Below are positions 8,869-18,072 of a DNA stretch of 36,800 nucleotides, one piece after another. Positions within the stretch are counted from its first letter, which is position 1. The number at the start of each line of letters is the position of its first letter. Position numbers and translations under genes: made by a program. The DNA comes from Nanobdellati archaeon (GTDB lineage: Archaea > Nanobdellota > Nanobdellia > Woesearchaeales > JAADFO01), in assembly GCA_013152815.1 (NCBI GenBank), contig JAADFO010000028.1, positions 1-36,800 on the forward strand, written 5' to 3'. The notes below the pieces were generated by a model that was not told the origin of the DNA, did no database searches, and worked only from the letters and a program-made list of their open reading frames with translations.

Positions 8869-10140
8869 TCATTCCCGGTGGACAAAGACACTTACCTTGC
8901 CGTCTCTGGTGCTGACCACGATCTCATGGTTGTCCTGTTCGAAGCCGGTCCCCACGATCAGAGAATCAAGCTTGTATTCCCAAAGCTTCTTTCCGGTATA
9001 GTGTCCTGGGTCTGTGGTGATCTGGTCGCTATAGCTTCCTGATTGCATGGCGACAGCAGAGACGCCGGGGATGTAGTTGAGCATGAATTCTCCCTGTGAA
9101 TCCAGCACGTAGAGCGATGCGTCATAGCTGCCGACGATGATCTCGAACTTCTTGTCATTGTCGAGGTCGACGATGAGAGGCCTGTCCACTACCCAGAAAT
9201 CGGTCTCATAGCTCCAGAGCTTCTCGCCCCGGTCGTTGAGCGCATAGACCCGGTTGTCGTTGGATCCGAAGACGATCTCTTTCCTTCCGTCCTGGTTGAT
9301 ATCCTCCACAGCAGCCGTACTCCTGATGGAACCTTCGCTCGAGAAATGCCAGATCGGGTTCCCCTGTTCATCAAGCGCGTAGAAGTTCTTGTCATAGCTG
9401 CCGATGAGGATGGTCTGCCGGTGCTCAGGGTTCGAGATGAGCTCTGTGATGATCGGTTTTGCCCTGATCTGACCTCCTGTCTTGAATTTCCAAAGGAGCC
9501 GTCCCAGGGGTGAGATGCCATAGACATACCCCTTGTTGTCGCCGAAGACGATCTGGTCATCCCTGCCGCCTTTCAGCAGGACAGATGGAGAAGATTCGAT
9601 GCCTGACTCTGCCATGAACGTCCAGATGTTCTTTCCTTTGCCGTCCAATGCATAGAGCAGATGGTCAGACGATCCGAAAAGCAGGATCTTTCCATGCGGA
9701 GAACCCGCATCATAGAGGATGGGGGTCGAGCGGATGGTCCCTTTGGTCTGGAACTCCCATTTGAGCTTGCCTTCATGGTCGATGACATAGAGCTTGCCGT
9801 TCTCTGAACCGACCACGATCTCCTTCCGCTGATCGCCGTCGATATCCTCAAAGAGAGGGATGGTCGAGACGGTCTTGCTGCGCTCCTTGTCCGCAAAGAG
9901 CATCTGGATCTCATCGAGCGTCTCCTCTATCTCGAATGTCCAGCGCACTTTCTTGTCCGTGGAGAGCACATAGACCTTGCCGCGGGTGGTCGCAAAGATG
10001 ATGACATAGTTGCCGTCATAGTCCTTCCCGACAAAGGGTGCAGATATCAAAGGTTCACCCACTGTAAAATCCCAGCGTTTCTCCAGCTTTCCTGTCTTCT
10101 TCCCTGAGAGTTTCTTGAGAACAGAACCTAATCTGGCCAT
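8869..10140 (-). CDS. PQQ-like/FG-GAP repeat beta-propeller protein, no signal peptide
   Basis: Repeated W.F...G.I.S.P....D(I/L)DGD..EI..GS.D...YALD..G units across 423 aa. Confidence 0.85.
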   Translation of the reverse strand: MARLGSVLKKLSGKKTGKLEKRWDFTVGEPLISAPFVGKDYDGNYVIIFATTRGKVYVLSTDKKVRWTFEIEETLDEIQMLFADKERSKTVSTIPLFEDIDGDQRKEIVVGSENGKLYVIDHEGKLKWEFQTKGTIRSTPILYDAGSPHGKILLFGSSDHLLYALDGKGKNIWTFMAESGIESSPSVLLKGGRDDQIVFGDNKGYVYGISPLGRLLWKFKTGGQIRAKPIITELISNPEHRQTILIGSYDKNFYALDEQGNPIWHFSSEGSIRSTAAVEDINQDGRKEIVFGSNDNRVYALNDRGEKLWSYETDFWVVDRPLIVDLDNDKKFEIIVGSYDASLYVLDSQGEFMLNYIPGVSAVAMQSGSYSDQITTDPGHYTGKKLWEYKLDSLIVGTGFEQDNHEIVVSTRDGKVSVFVHRE

Positions 10141-10284
10141 GGTCCATCACGCGCAGGCACCTTATTTAAGATTTTCGCCTAATTCAGTGGTAAAAACGCG
10201 TTTGTCCATTTTGAGGACTGCCTGGCGACATATATCCACCTATAAAAAGAAAGGTTTATAAGAATCAATCTCTGTCACCCCTCC

Positions 10285-11667
10285 ATGCCTGATCTTGTAG
10301 GCGATATAAAAAAGAGGTTGACCTTAGGTGAAAGGGAGGAGTCCATACGGGCAGACCTTCTTGCCAAAGGATATCTCGAAGAGGATGTCACGCTGGCTCT
10401 TTCCCGGTCCCAGGCCTCTGCTGTCAGGATGCAGCAGCGGAACGCCCTGAGAGCGAAGACCCGGGGCCTGACCCTGAAAGAGATCTTCGACCGGCTGGCT
10501 TTCGGTCTGGGCTCTCAACAGTTCATCAACATCCTGCTCTTCCAGACAGGAGCATCCCTCTTCCTCATCGGGATACTCAACGGGCTCAAGGTGTTCTTCC
10601 ATCCCTTCATCAATTCTTATCTCGACGAGTCCTTCCATTACGTGAAGCGTCTCAAGACCCGGATGGTCGTCTCCGGAATGTTCAATGCCCTGGCCTTCCT
10701 GGCCTTCGGCGCGTCCATCGCCCTCCATGATGTGGCATTGTTCGCAGTATCGGTCATCCTGGGAGGCATCTTCGGAGAGATCCATGGCAGCACCTACGAT
10801 GAGTTCCTGACCCGGACGCTGGGAACCCATAAGACCCCCTTTCTCCAGCGGCACGCTACCCTGGGCCTGTTTATCGCAGGGGTCGCCCTGGTCATAGGCG
10901 GTCTTCTGCTGGACCAGGTGGTCGACGGTTATCTCCTGCTGTTCATCATCATCTTCTTCAGCCTTGTCATCGCACTGCTCGCTTTCCTTCGGACAAGAGA
11001 GCTGCCCCGAAAAGACCTGGAGTCAGGGATACGCATCTCTCTCTTCGGTTTCCTCCTGGATCTCTTCAAGGACATCGGGCCCTTCTTCTCAGACAAGGCG
11101 ATCATCATCCTGCTCCTCACCGGGAGCATCACCAGCTTCATCCAGGTGCTCGGCTATTCCTATTACGGCATCTTCATCTGGGAAGCCCTGGGAAATACAG
11201 GCTTCGGCCCGTTCATGAATGTCGCTCTCATCTTTGTCTTTGCCCTGCTCGGAACCTTTGCCGGAAACTTCATCACCCAGTCCAATGCCAAAGAATACGG
11301 CAAGTTCCCCCTGCTCGTGTTCGGGACCATCCTCATGGCCATCATGCCGCTCACCTATTTCTATAACCCCAACCTGCTCTCTGTCGCCATGGCCACCATC
11401 CTCGGCGTGGTCGGTTCTTCCATCGTCGGCATAGCACGGAGCATCCTGGCCGTCGAGATCGTCCCCCTGAAAGAGCGGGCATCCTTCTTCCGGCTCTCTG
11501 GCCTGCTTTCCTCCCTGCCTCTCCTCCTCTTCATCCCTCTTGGTGCCTGGTACGCAGACGCGTTCTATTTCCGGAAACTCTTCCTGCTCCTGGGAATGAT
11601 CCTCATCCTCATCGTCGTCCCGCTCTATATGTACATCCTGCTTGCGCATGACAGGAACAAGATCTGA
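10285..11667 (+). CDS. MFS transporter with a soluble N-terminal helical extension
   Basis: About 12 hydrophobic segments; MFS-like loops (AKEYGKF; EIVPLKERASFF); AAGGTTTATAAG box about 25 nt upstream. Confidence 0.8.
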   Translation: MPDLVGDIKKRLTLGEREESIRADLLAKGYLEEDVTLALSRSQASAVRMQQRNALRAKTRGLTLKEIFDRLAFGLGSQQFINILLFQTGASLFLIGILNGLKVFFHPFINSYLDESFHYVKRLKTRMVVSGMFNALAFLAFGASIALHDVALFAVSVILGGIFGEIHGSTYDEFLTRTLGTHKTPFLQRHATLGLFIAGVALVIGGLLLDQVVDGYLLLFIIIFFSLVIALLAFLRTRELPRKDLESGIRISLFGFLLDLFKDIGPFFSDKAIIILLLTGSITSFIQVLGYSYYGIFIWEALGNTGFGPFMNVALIFVFALLGTFAGNFITQSNAKEYGKFPLLVFGTILMAIMPLTYFYNPNLLSVAMATILGVVGSSIVGIARSILAVEIVPLKERASFFRLSGLLSSLPLLLFIPLGAWYADAFYFRKLFLLLGMILILIVVPLYMYILLAHDRNKI

Positions 11668-11722
11668 ACATGGGAAGACACGATGACAAGATATAAATAC
11701 CGGAAAAGTCGGTGAGCAAACG

Positions 11723-12211
11723 ATGGCAAGATTATCGAAGAGCAGACGGGGTGTGTCTCCTCTTATAGCTACGGTGCTCCTGATAGCCTTCGCCGTCGCA
11801 CTGGGCGCTGTGGTCATGAACTGGGGAAAGACCCAGATCCAGGACCAGATCATTTCAGAAGAGGAGTGCCGGCTGGTGAAGTTCACATGGTTCCAGCGGG
11901 ACGGCCAGGACCATATCTGTCTCCTCGACGACAAGCTCACCATGACCATCCAGAACGGTGCCCAACGGGAGATCGACCGCCTCAAGCTCATCGTCGACGG
12001 GTCAACAGACATCTATGTGAACGAGAACATCATCGACCGGGCCATCGGCAAGGCAGAGCCCCGTCGCATCTCCGTGCCCTATGATAGCGCCGCCTATGGC
12101 CCTCCTGTATCGATCAGACTCGTCCCCATACTCGTCAAGGGCGACCGTACTCTTGTCTGTCCCATAGAATACGCTCTGGACAAAGGGAACATCCCCACAT
12201 GCAAGAACTGA
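11723..12211 (+). CDS. Archaeal type IV pilin/archaellin-like protein
   Basis: Class III signal peptide SRRG|VSPLIATVLLIAFAVALGAVVMNWG; ATATAAATA box upstream. Confidence 0.9.
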   Translation: MARLSKSRRGVSPLIATVLLIAFAVALGAVVMNWGKTQIQDQIISEEECRLVKFTWFQRDGQDHICLLDDKLTMTIQNGAQREIDRLKLIVDGSTDIYVNENIIDRAIGKAEPRRISVPYDSAAYGPPVSIRLVPILVKGDRTLVCPIEYALDKGNIPTCKN

Positions 12212-12252
12212 AAGGACAGTCTGGTTTATAAGTTCACTTTCTTTATCAGGCA

Positions 12253-12636
12253 TCACAGGCCTTTTTGGTCTCTGGCGCCCTTCGTCCCTTCCACGCCGAA
12301 GATCTGCTGCGTCCGGGTCATCCCACTGAGCCTGGTCTGTTCCTCGAGCTTCTTGAGCTTATAACGCTCCTTCAGAAGGTTCCTCATCCTATCATCCTGG
12401 GTGATGTGACGTTCATACTGCTTGTCCTTGATCATCTCAGCGACTTCCTTCTGGAGCCTGTTCTTCTCCGCCTTCAGAAAAGCCCTTATCTTTGCAGGTA
12501 TGTGGATGTCATATCTCTTGTACTCCTCTTCCATGATGAAGATCATCTGTGCCTCGACCAGCGGGTCGTCTTTGGTGGATTCTATCATCATCAGACGGAA
12601 TCGCAGGTTCTCAGCCATCTCTTCTTCTGATACCAT
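12253..12636 (-). CDS. Hypothetical charged helical protein
   Basis: E/K/R-rich ORF with ATTTAAATA box at about 12672-12681; start at ATG 12636. Confidence 0.65.
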   Translation of the reverse strand: MVSEEEMAENLRFRLMMIESTKDDPLVEAQMIFIMEEEYKRYDIHIPAKIRAFLKAEKNRLQKEVAEMIKDKQYERHITQDDRMRNLLKERYKLKKLEEQTRLSGMTRTQQIFGVEGTKGARDQKGL

Positions 12637-12891
12637 GGTCCTTTCTCCCCTCTTCTTTCTGGTCACTGAGCTATTTAAATGTTCTTATTCTCCTTCTCGT
12701 TCTTCATGTTCCTTTTCTTATTCTCTTTGTCCCCTCCCCTTCTTCTTCACTTTCTTCTTTTCCTTCTTTTCCTTCTTCTCCTGTCATCGTGTCTTTTCCT
12801 TCTGCTGGATCGCCGGATCCATTCTGTTGGATCCATCCTGCCTGATCCATTTTATGATAGATTTATTAAGCGCAGGGGTTCATCTCCCGCC

Positions 12892-14136
12892 ATGACCTTC
12901 ACCGACGCGGTCAGATTTCTCGAGCAGACCCTGGGAACTACGAGGATATCCCTGGGTCTCACCCGGATGCGACGGATGCTTGCTGAACTCGGCGATCCGC
13001 AGAAGGCATTCCGGATCATCCATGTGGCAGGGACCAACGGCAAGGGCTCTGTCAGCGCGATGCTCACCTCTGTCCTCACGCACTCCGGCATCAGGACAGG
13101 GATGTACATCTCGCCCCATCTCTCGTCGGTGACAGAACGCATCTCCATCGACACCATCTCAATCACCTCCCGATCGTTCGCAGCACTCACCTCCCGCCTG
13201 AGACCTCTTTTCCTGCGGCATGGAGCGACCTACTTCGAGGCGCTTACCGTGATGGCCCTGCTCCATTTCAAGGAACAGAAGGTAGACCTTGCCGTCGTGG
13301 AAGTGGGACTCGGCGGTCGTCTGGACGCCACCAACATGTGCGATGCCATGTTGGCCATCATCACCAACATCTCCCTTGAACATACGGACTGGCTCGGCCA
13401 TGACCTGGCCTCCATCGCCAATGAGAAAGCAGGGATCATCAAGCCTGGCCAGCGGGTCCTCACCGGTACCCTCGGGGTGGCACGACAGGTCATCCGACGT
13501 GTCGCAGCGGATAAGGGCGCTGTCTTGCTCTCCCTTCCAAGGATACAGCGGCCGAAGGGGGGTGCCCTGGCCATCGGAAATCACCATGATCTCCATCTCG
13601 GGCTCAGGGGGAAGTTCCAGGAGGACAATGCCCGGCTGGTCATAGGGGCCATCGACTGGTTGCGGACACAGGGATTCCGCATCCCTCCGGAGAATGTCCG
13701 GAAAGGGCTGGAACACGTGCGATGGCCCGGAAGGATGGAACAGGGAACGAACATCCTCCTCGACTGTGCCCATAACCTCACCGGCGCAAAAGCGCTCGCA
13801 GGAGAAATCCGTTCTTCAGGGAAGAATATCATCCTGGTCATAGGCATCCTGGATGACAAGGACTATCAGGGCATGATCCGGGCCTTCATGGGCATGAGCT
13901 CTCTCGTGATATTGACGGCTCCGCAGAGCATCCGGGCCATCATGCCCTCTGAACTTGAAAAACTATTTATAGGAAAATCCATCCAGCATACCATCGAGAA
14001 GACCATACCCTCTGCTCTCCGCAGAGCATACCATGAGCTGAACGAGCAGAAGAAGGACACCATCATCCTCGTCACCGGCTCCTGCTACACCGTCGGAGAG
14101 GCGAGGACCTATCTTCAGAAGAAAGGGCTGCTCTAG
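12892..14136 (+). CDS. folC: Folylpolyglutamate/dihydrofolate synthase
   Basis: IHVAGTNGKGS, SPHL..ERI, EVGLGGRLDATN, EKAGIIK, WPGRME, LDCAHN, TGSCY; start at ATG 12892. Confidence 0.95.
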   Translation: MTFTDAVRFLEQTLGTTRISLGLTRMRRMLAELGDPQKAFRIIHVAGTNGKGSVSAMLTSVLTHSGIRTGMYISPHLSSVTERISIDTISITSRSFAALTSRLRPLFLRHGATYFEALTVMALLHFKEQKVDLAVVEVGLGGRLDATNMCDAMLAIITNISLEHTDWLGHDLASIANEKAGIIKPGQRVLTGTLGVARQVIRRVAADKGAVLLSLPRIQRPKGGALAIGNHHDLHLGLRGKFQEDNARLVIGAIDWLRTQGFRIPPENVRKGLEHVRWPGRMEQGTNILLDCAHNLTGAKALAGEIRSSGKNIILVIGILDDKDYQGMIRAFMGMSSLVILTAPQSIRAIMPSELEKLFIGKSIQHTIEKTIPSALRRAYHELNEQKKDTIILVTGSCYTVGEARTYLQKKGLL

Positions 14137-14143
14137 AACCACC

Positions 14144-14800
14144 ATGGACATTATCCCCACAGGAGAAACAAAGGTCATCGTCCTATTCCTGTCACTTCCC
14201 CTGCTTCTCGTCATGGCCTTTCTCATCATGCCTGCTCCGGTCCTCGGAGAGAGCAGCCAGGCAACAGCTTTTGTCACGTTCACGATGGTGAACCGGGCAC
14301 CGTCCCTGACCCATGTCTCGTTCGAACCCTCGCAGCCTCATGCCGACGAGCGGCTCCATTGCCTGGCAGAAGCAGATGATGAACTGCCCCTTTCGGTCTC
14401 CTACACCTATCTCTGGAAGGTGAACGACAGGCCGAGCAGAGCATCCTCCGGATGGTTCGGGGATTTCAAAGAGGGCGACAACATCACCTGCACGGTCTTC
14501 CCGACAGATGTCCACGGAGTCAAAGGCGGATCCCTGACCGTGAAGGCCCGTATCGCTCCGGCCCCTCTTTCCACCAGAATCCTCGACAGCCTCCTGCATG
14601 CGGCAGGGGCGAAGACCCAGCTTCAGGACACTGCGGCTCTTCAACATGAAGGTCTGGGCGCCATCACCGGCTTTGCCGTCCGAAAGAGCATCGAGAACCG
14701 GCCGGCCTTTCCCGTCCTGGGCATCCTGGTGCTCTTGCTGAGCATCATCAACCTGCATCTCCTGATGCGCAGACATGCTTTTGCAGGCATTTACCCATGA
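14144..14800 (+). CDS. Membrane-anchored surface protein with Ig-like domain and C-terminal TM
   Basis: N-terminal hydrophobic signal; NRAP...C...YTYLWKVND...GDNITCTVFPTD Ig-like pattern; GAITGFAV followed by a C-terminal TM. Confidence 0.65.
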   Translation: MDIIPTGETKVIVLFLSLPLLLVMAFLIMPAPVLGESSQATAFVTFTMVNRAPSLTHVSFEPSQPHADERLHCLAEADDELPLSVSYTYLWKVNDRPSRASSGWFGDFKEGDNITCTVFPTDVHGVKGGSLTVKARIAPAPLSTRILDSLLHAAGAKTQLQDTAALQHEGLGAITGFAVRKSIENRPAFPVLGILVLLLSIINLHLLMRRHAFAGIYP

Positions 14801-16305
14801 TATCGACGAGCGAGATGAGGGCTGCAGAGGACTATGCTGAAAAGCATGGCGTCTCCAGGGCACGGCTCATGCATAATGCAGGGTTCGAATCGTTCATCAT
14901 CCTGCAGGACAGCTATGATCTCACCGACCGGAGGATCCTGGTCGTCTGCTATCACGGGAACAACGGCGGAGACGGTCTCGCTCTTGCCGAGCATCTCATG
15001 GAGGTCTCCAAGGTCACGGTCTTCTTCTTCGGCGACCCGGCGAAGCTGAGCGACGAGGCCCGTTCTCACTTCAACCGTATCGACCAGGCCGAACCGAGCA
15101 TCCTCGTCACTGCATGGGACCAGATAGACCTCGATGACTATGACCTCATCATCGATGCCATGCTCGGCATGGGCATCCATGGTATGCTGAGAGAGCCCTT
15201 CGTCTCACTCATCGAAGCGATCAACGGCTGCAGGGCCAAGGTCGTCTCCCTGGATGTCCCTTCGGGCGTCGATCCGGACAAGAAGGAGACCCCCTCTCTT
15301 CATGTCCATGCAGACCGGATCATCACTTTCCATGACCTGAAAGAAGGGCTCCTTCCCTTCGAGGATTCCACCATCATCGCAGACATCGGCATCCCGCCCT
15401 TCATCGGCGGCATCGGCGGCATCGGCGGGGATGACAAGAAGGCCCTGGTCACCCGACAGCTGGTGCATAACATCCTTCGGCAGAAAGACCAGAGAAGAAA
15501 GAAACATGCGCATAAGGGCGATTTCGGCCATGTGCTGGTCCTCGCAGGAAGCGATGATTTCCACGGAGCTTCCTATCTTGCGGCAGCATCGGCCATCGCA
15601 GCCCTCCGGGCAGGCACCGACCTCGTTACCGTAGCATCGGTGGAGACGGTCTCCCGGTCCATCAATGCCCTCAATGCAGATATCATCACCCTCAAGCTTC
15701 CGGGCAAGGTCCTCGGCCAGGAACATTATGCTGCTCTGTTGCCCTATCTTGAAAAAGCGGACGTGCTGCTTCTGGGACCCGGCATGGGCACAGCAAAGGC
15801 CACACAGTCGTTGGTCCGGATGATCCTGAAGGATTTTCCTGCCAAGGAGAAGGTCATCGATGCGGATGCGCTGAAGATGATATCCCTGCGAGAGGTCTCC
15901 TCCTCCATCCTGACGCCTCATCAGAACGAGCTCCGGGCGCTTCTGGAGCATTCCGGATGCTCGCATGATCCGGCGGATGAGCAGGTGAAAGCGCTCCTGG
16001 GATCCAACGTCCTCCTCATCAAGGGAAATGAAGACGAGATACGTACCTCGTCGGGCTCGCTCTGGAACCGCACCGGGAATCCTGGCATGACCGTCGGCGG
16101 CACCGGCGACCTCCTTGCCGGACTCGTCGCAGGGCTTCTCGCATCTGACCATGGAGACCATGCACGGTTCCTGCTGGCGGCCGCGGCATCCTTCATCCTG
16201 GGTTCCATCGGGGACAAGCTCAAGGAGACCTATGGTTTCGGGTTCATCGCGAGCGATTTCCTCCCTGTTCTCGCGTCGACCTTACACGATCTGGCCCAAG
16301 GATGA
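14797..16305 (+). CDS. nnr: Bifunctional NAD(P)H-hydrate epimerase/dehydratase
   Basis: LMHNAG, GNNGGDG, DAMLGMG, SLDVPSG, HKGDFGHVLVLAGS, GPGMG, VIDADAL, LTPHQNE, GNPGMTVGGTGDLLAG. Confidence 0.95.
   Translation: MISTSEMRAAEDYAEKHGVSRARLMHNAGFESFIILQDSYDLTDRRILVVCYHGNNGGDGLALAEHLMEVSKVTVFFFGDPAKLSDEARSHFNRIDQAEPSILVTAWDQIDLDDYDLIIDAMLGMGIHGMLREPFVSLIEAINGCRAKVVSLDVPSGVDPDKKETPSLHVHADRIITFHDLKEGLLPFEDSTIIADIGIPPFIGGIGGIGGDDKKALVTRQLVHNILRQKDQRRKKHAHKGDFGHVLVLAGSDDFHGASYLAAASAIAALRAGTDLVTVASVETVSRSINALNADIITLKLPGKVLGQEHYAALLPYLEKADVLLLGPGMGTAKATQSLVRMILKDFPAKEKVIDADALKMISLREVSSSILTPHQNELRALLEHSGCSHDPADEQVKALLGSNVLLIKGNEDEIRTSSGSLWNRTGNPGMTVGGTGDLLAGLVAGLLASDHGDHARFLLAAAASFILGSIGDKLKETYGFGFIASDFLPVLASTLHDLAQG
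15402..15428 (+). repeat. 3x CATCGGCGG in-frame tandem repeat (IGG x3) in the NnrE-NnrD linker
   Basis: Read directly: catcggcgg catcggcgg catcggcgg. Confidence 0.9.
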
Positions 16306-16405
16306 AGGCTGTCCTTTCACTCTTCTGGTGACGTCCATCAGATTGGCCCTGTAGAAAGTTACGCTGATGCGTAGTCAGCATCTTCCTTGTCCGCTGCGTG
16401 TTGCT

Positions 16406-16759
16406 CTATGAGGCGCGCGTCCGTCGACGGTGATGGATGATCGTCTGTGGAGGAGGTGGAGATGCAGGTTCCACAACAGACGTCTGGACCGCTTTCTTTG
16501 CTGGTCGGGCGACTTTCGCATTCTTTGTCGTCTCCTTCATCTCTGCATTCTCCTCCGGAAGCGCAGCATTGCTCATGATGACGATCTTCTGGGCAGGCAG
16601 CTCTTTCGGGTCGGTGATCGCGGCAACGTTCTGGGCGGGCAATTCCCTGACCAGACGATCATCTTTGGCCAAGGTCCCCGAGACGATGATGTTGCCCACT
16701 ACAAAGAAGAAGACTATCAGCGCGATGCCCACTGAAATGCGCAGTCTCTTGAATCTCAT
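16406..16759 (-). CDS. Single-TM protein with Pro/Ala/Lys-rich linker and C-terminal RTRAS; candidate flavinylation substrate
   Basis: ATGA-coupled to the reductase; MRFKRLR plus TM, 2x ELPAQ, PASPPPP, ends HHRRRTRAS*. The function is inferred. Confidence 0.75.
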   Translation of the reverse strand: MRFKRLRISVGIALIVFFFVVGNIIVSGTLAKDDRLVRELPAQNVAAITDPKELPAQKIVIMSNAALPEENAEMKETTKNAKVARPAKKAVQTSVVEPASPPPPQTIIHHRRRTRAS

Positions 16760-18072
16760 CTGAAATCGAACGCCTCCTCATGGATGTGGCTTCTCCGCAC
16801 CCCGCTTGCCAGAAGCCCTTTGATGATGCCTTCTTTGAACCCTGTCGGTCCGCAGAGGAAGAACTGCTTCTTCTTCAGTGTTCCGCAGACATCACGGACG
16901 GTCTGCGCGGTCATCCTTCCCTGCCTGTGTGATATCCACGGGATGAAGCTGAACCGGGACACCCGTCTGTCGATCTCTGAGAAGAGCGCGCCTCCGATAA
17001 GGTCTTCCTGTCGCTTCACCGAATAGAAGAAGAGGATGCTGCCTTCCAAAGGCGTCCCTGTAAGGGTGATGTCCCTGGCCATTCCAAGGAACGGAGTGAC
17101 GCCGATCCCGCCCGCGATCCATACTCGTTCATCTTGACCATATCTCTTGTGGTCGAATCGCCCGTAGGGGCCCTCTACCGAGACCTTGTCCCCTTCCCTG
17201 AGATGGACAAGTTTTCTGGTGTAGTCACCCAGCTCCTTGACCACGACGACGATGTCATGATCATCCGATCCGGACGCGATGGAGAAGGGATGCGCCTCCT
17301 TCGGGATCTGCTCGTTGTAGAACCGGAGGAAGATGAACTGTCCTGCCTTGTAGGACAGGGGCTTGTGTTCAGGGGTGATGGTGATCTCGAAGATGTCTTT
17401 CTTCCGTCGTATCGACTTGACCGCATAGACCGCGTTCTTGAAGAGCCTGTTCTTGATGAAAAGGCTGTAGGAAAATCCGAACAGGCCGATCGCCGCGACC
17501 ACCGACGCATAGGCATAATAGCCGGCGAAGATGTCATCCTGGGAGATGGTCCCTCTCACAAGGAAGATATGGAGAACCGTGAGGAGGAACATGAGCCCCA
17601 TGAACTCATGGGTGAATTTCCAGCGGTCATACCTCATCTTGGTGAAGAGCGTGATGAAGAGCAAGACGACCATGCCGAGCAGGGCGATGATGCCGAGATT
17701 GACGCTCCAGGAGGAACTGGGAAGAAGATAGGCCGCGGCCTGGTCCATCCTAGACGGGACAAACTTCAGCACCAGGAAGATGGGATGGGCCAGGATGAGT
17801 ATCAAGGCGGTCCCTCCCAGGATCCCATGCGTCATGTACACCCTGTCCAGCCCGCCGAAGACATCTTCGATCCAGGAGATCCGCGCTGAAAGGAGGAAGG
17901 TGAGGGCGAACATGGTCATGGCCACCAGTCCGAACAGCTCTCCCAGGCTATGGGTGATGGAAGCATAGTCGACAAACTCTCGGGTCCCCGGGCCCCATCT
18001 CATCCAGAGAAATACAGGGATCAGTGAGATGAGCAACAATGCTGTCCATCCGGCAGCCGGCTTTGTCCTCAT
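16756..18072 (-). CDS. Ferric reductase-like transmembrane domain plus FAD/NAD(P)H-binding FNR domain (NOX-like)
   Basis: Heme-ligand His pairs (YMTH...LAH; FTH...VLH), GQFIFL, HPFSIAS, VEGPYG, IAGGIGVTPF, LCGP, EEAFDFR. Confidence 0.92.
   Translation of the reverse strand: MRTKPAAGWTALLLISLIPVFLWMRWGPGTREFVDYASITHSLGELFGLVAMTMFALTFLLSARISWIEDVFGGLDRVYMTHGILGGTALILILAHPIFLVLKFVPSRMDQAAAYLLPSSSWSVNLGIIALLGMVVLLFITLFTKMRYDRWKFTHEFMGLMFLLTVLHIFLVRGTISQDDIFAGYYAYASVVAAIGLFGFSYSLFIKNRLFKNAVYAVKSIRRKKDIFEITITPEHKPLSYKAGQFIFLRFYNEQIPKEAHPFSIASGSDDHDIVVVVKELGDYTRKLVHLREGDKVSVEGPYGRFDHKRYGQDERVWIAGGIGVTPFLGMARDITLTGTPLEGSILFFYSVKRQEDLIGGALFSEIDRRVSRFSFIPWISHRQGRMTAQTVRDVCGTLKKKQFFLCGPTGFKEGIIKGLLASGVRRSHIHEEAFDFR

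Noticed and set aside
12679..12891. Phe/Leu-rich N-terminal extension of folC in the ORF track
   Set aside because: Translation of a pyrimidine tract. A TATA-like box at about 12861-12870 points to ATG 12892.
16748..16759. Tat signal on the TRAS protein
   Set aside because: MRFKRLR has no twin-arginine consensus, so Tat export of a pre-flavinylated protein is not supported.
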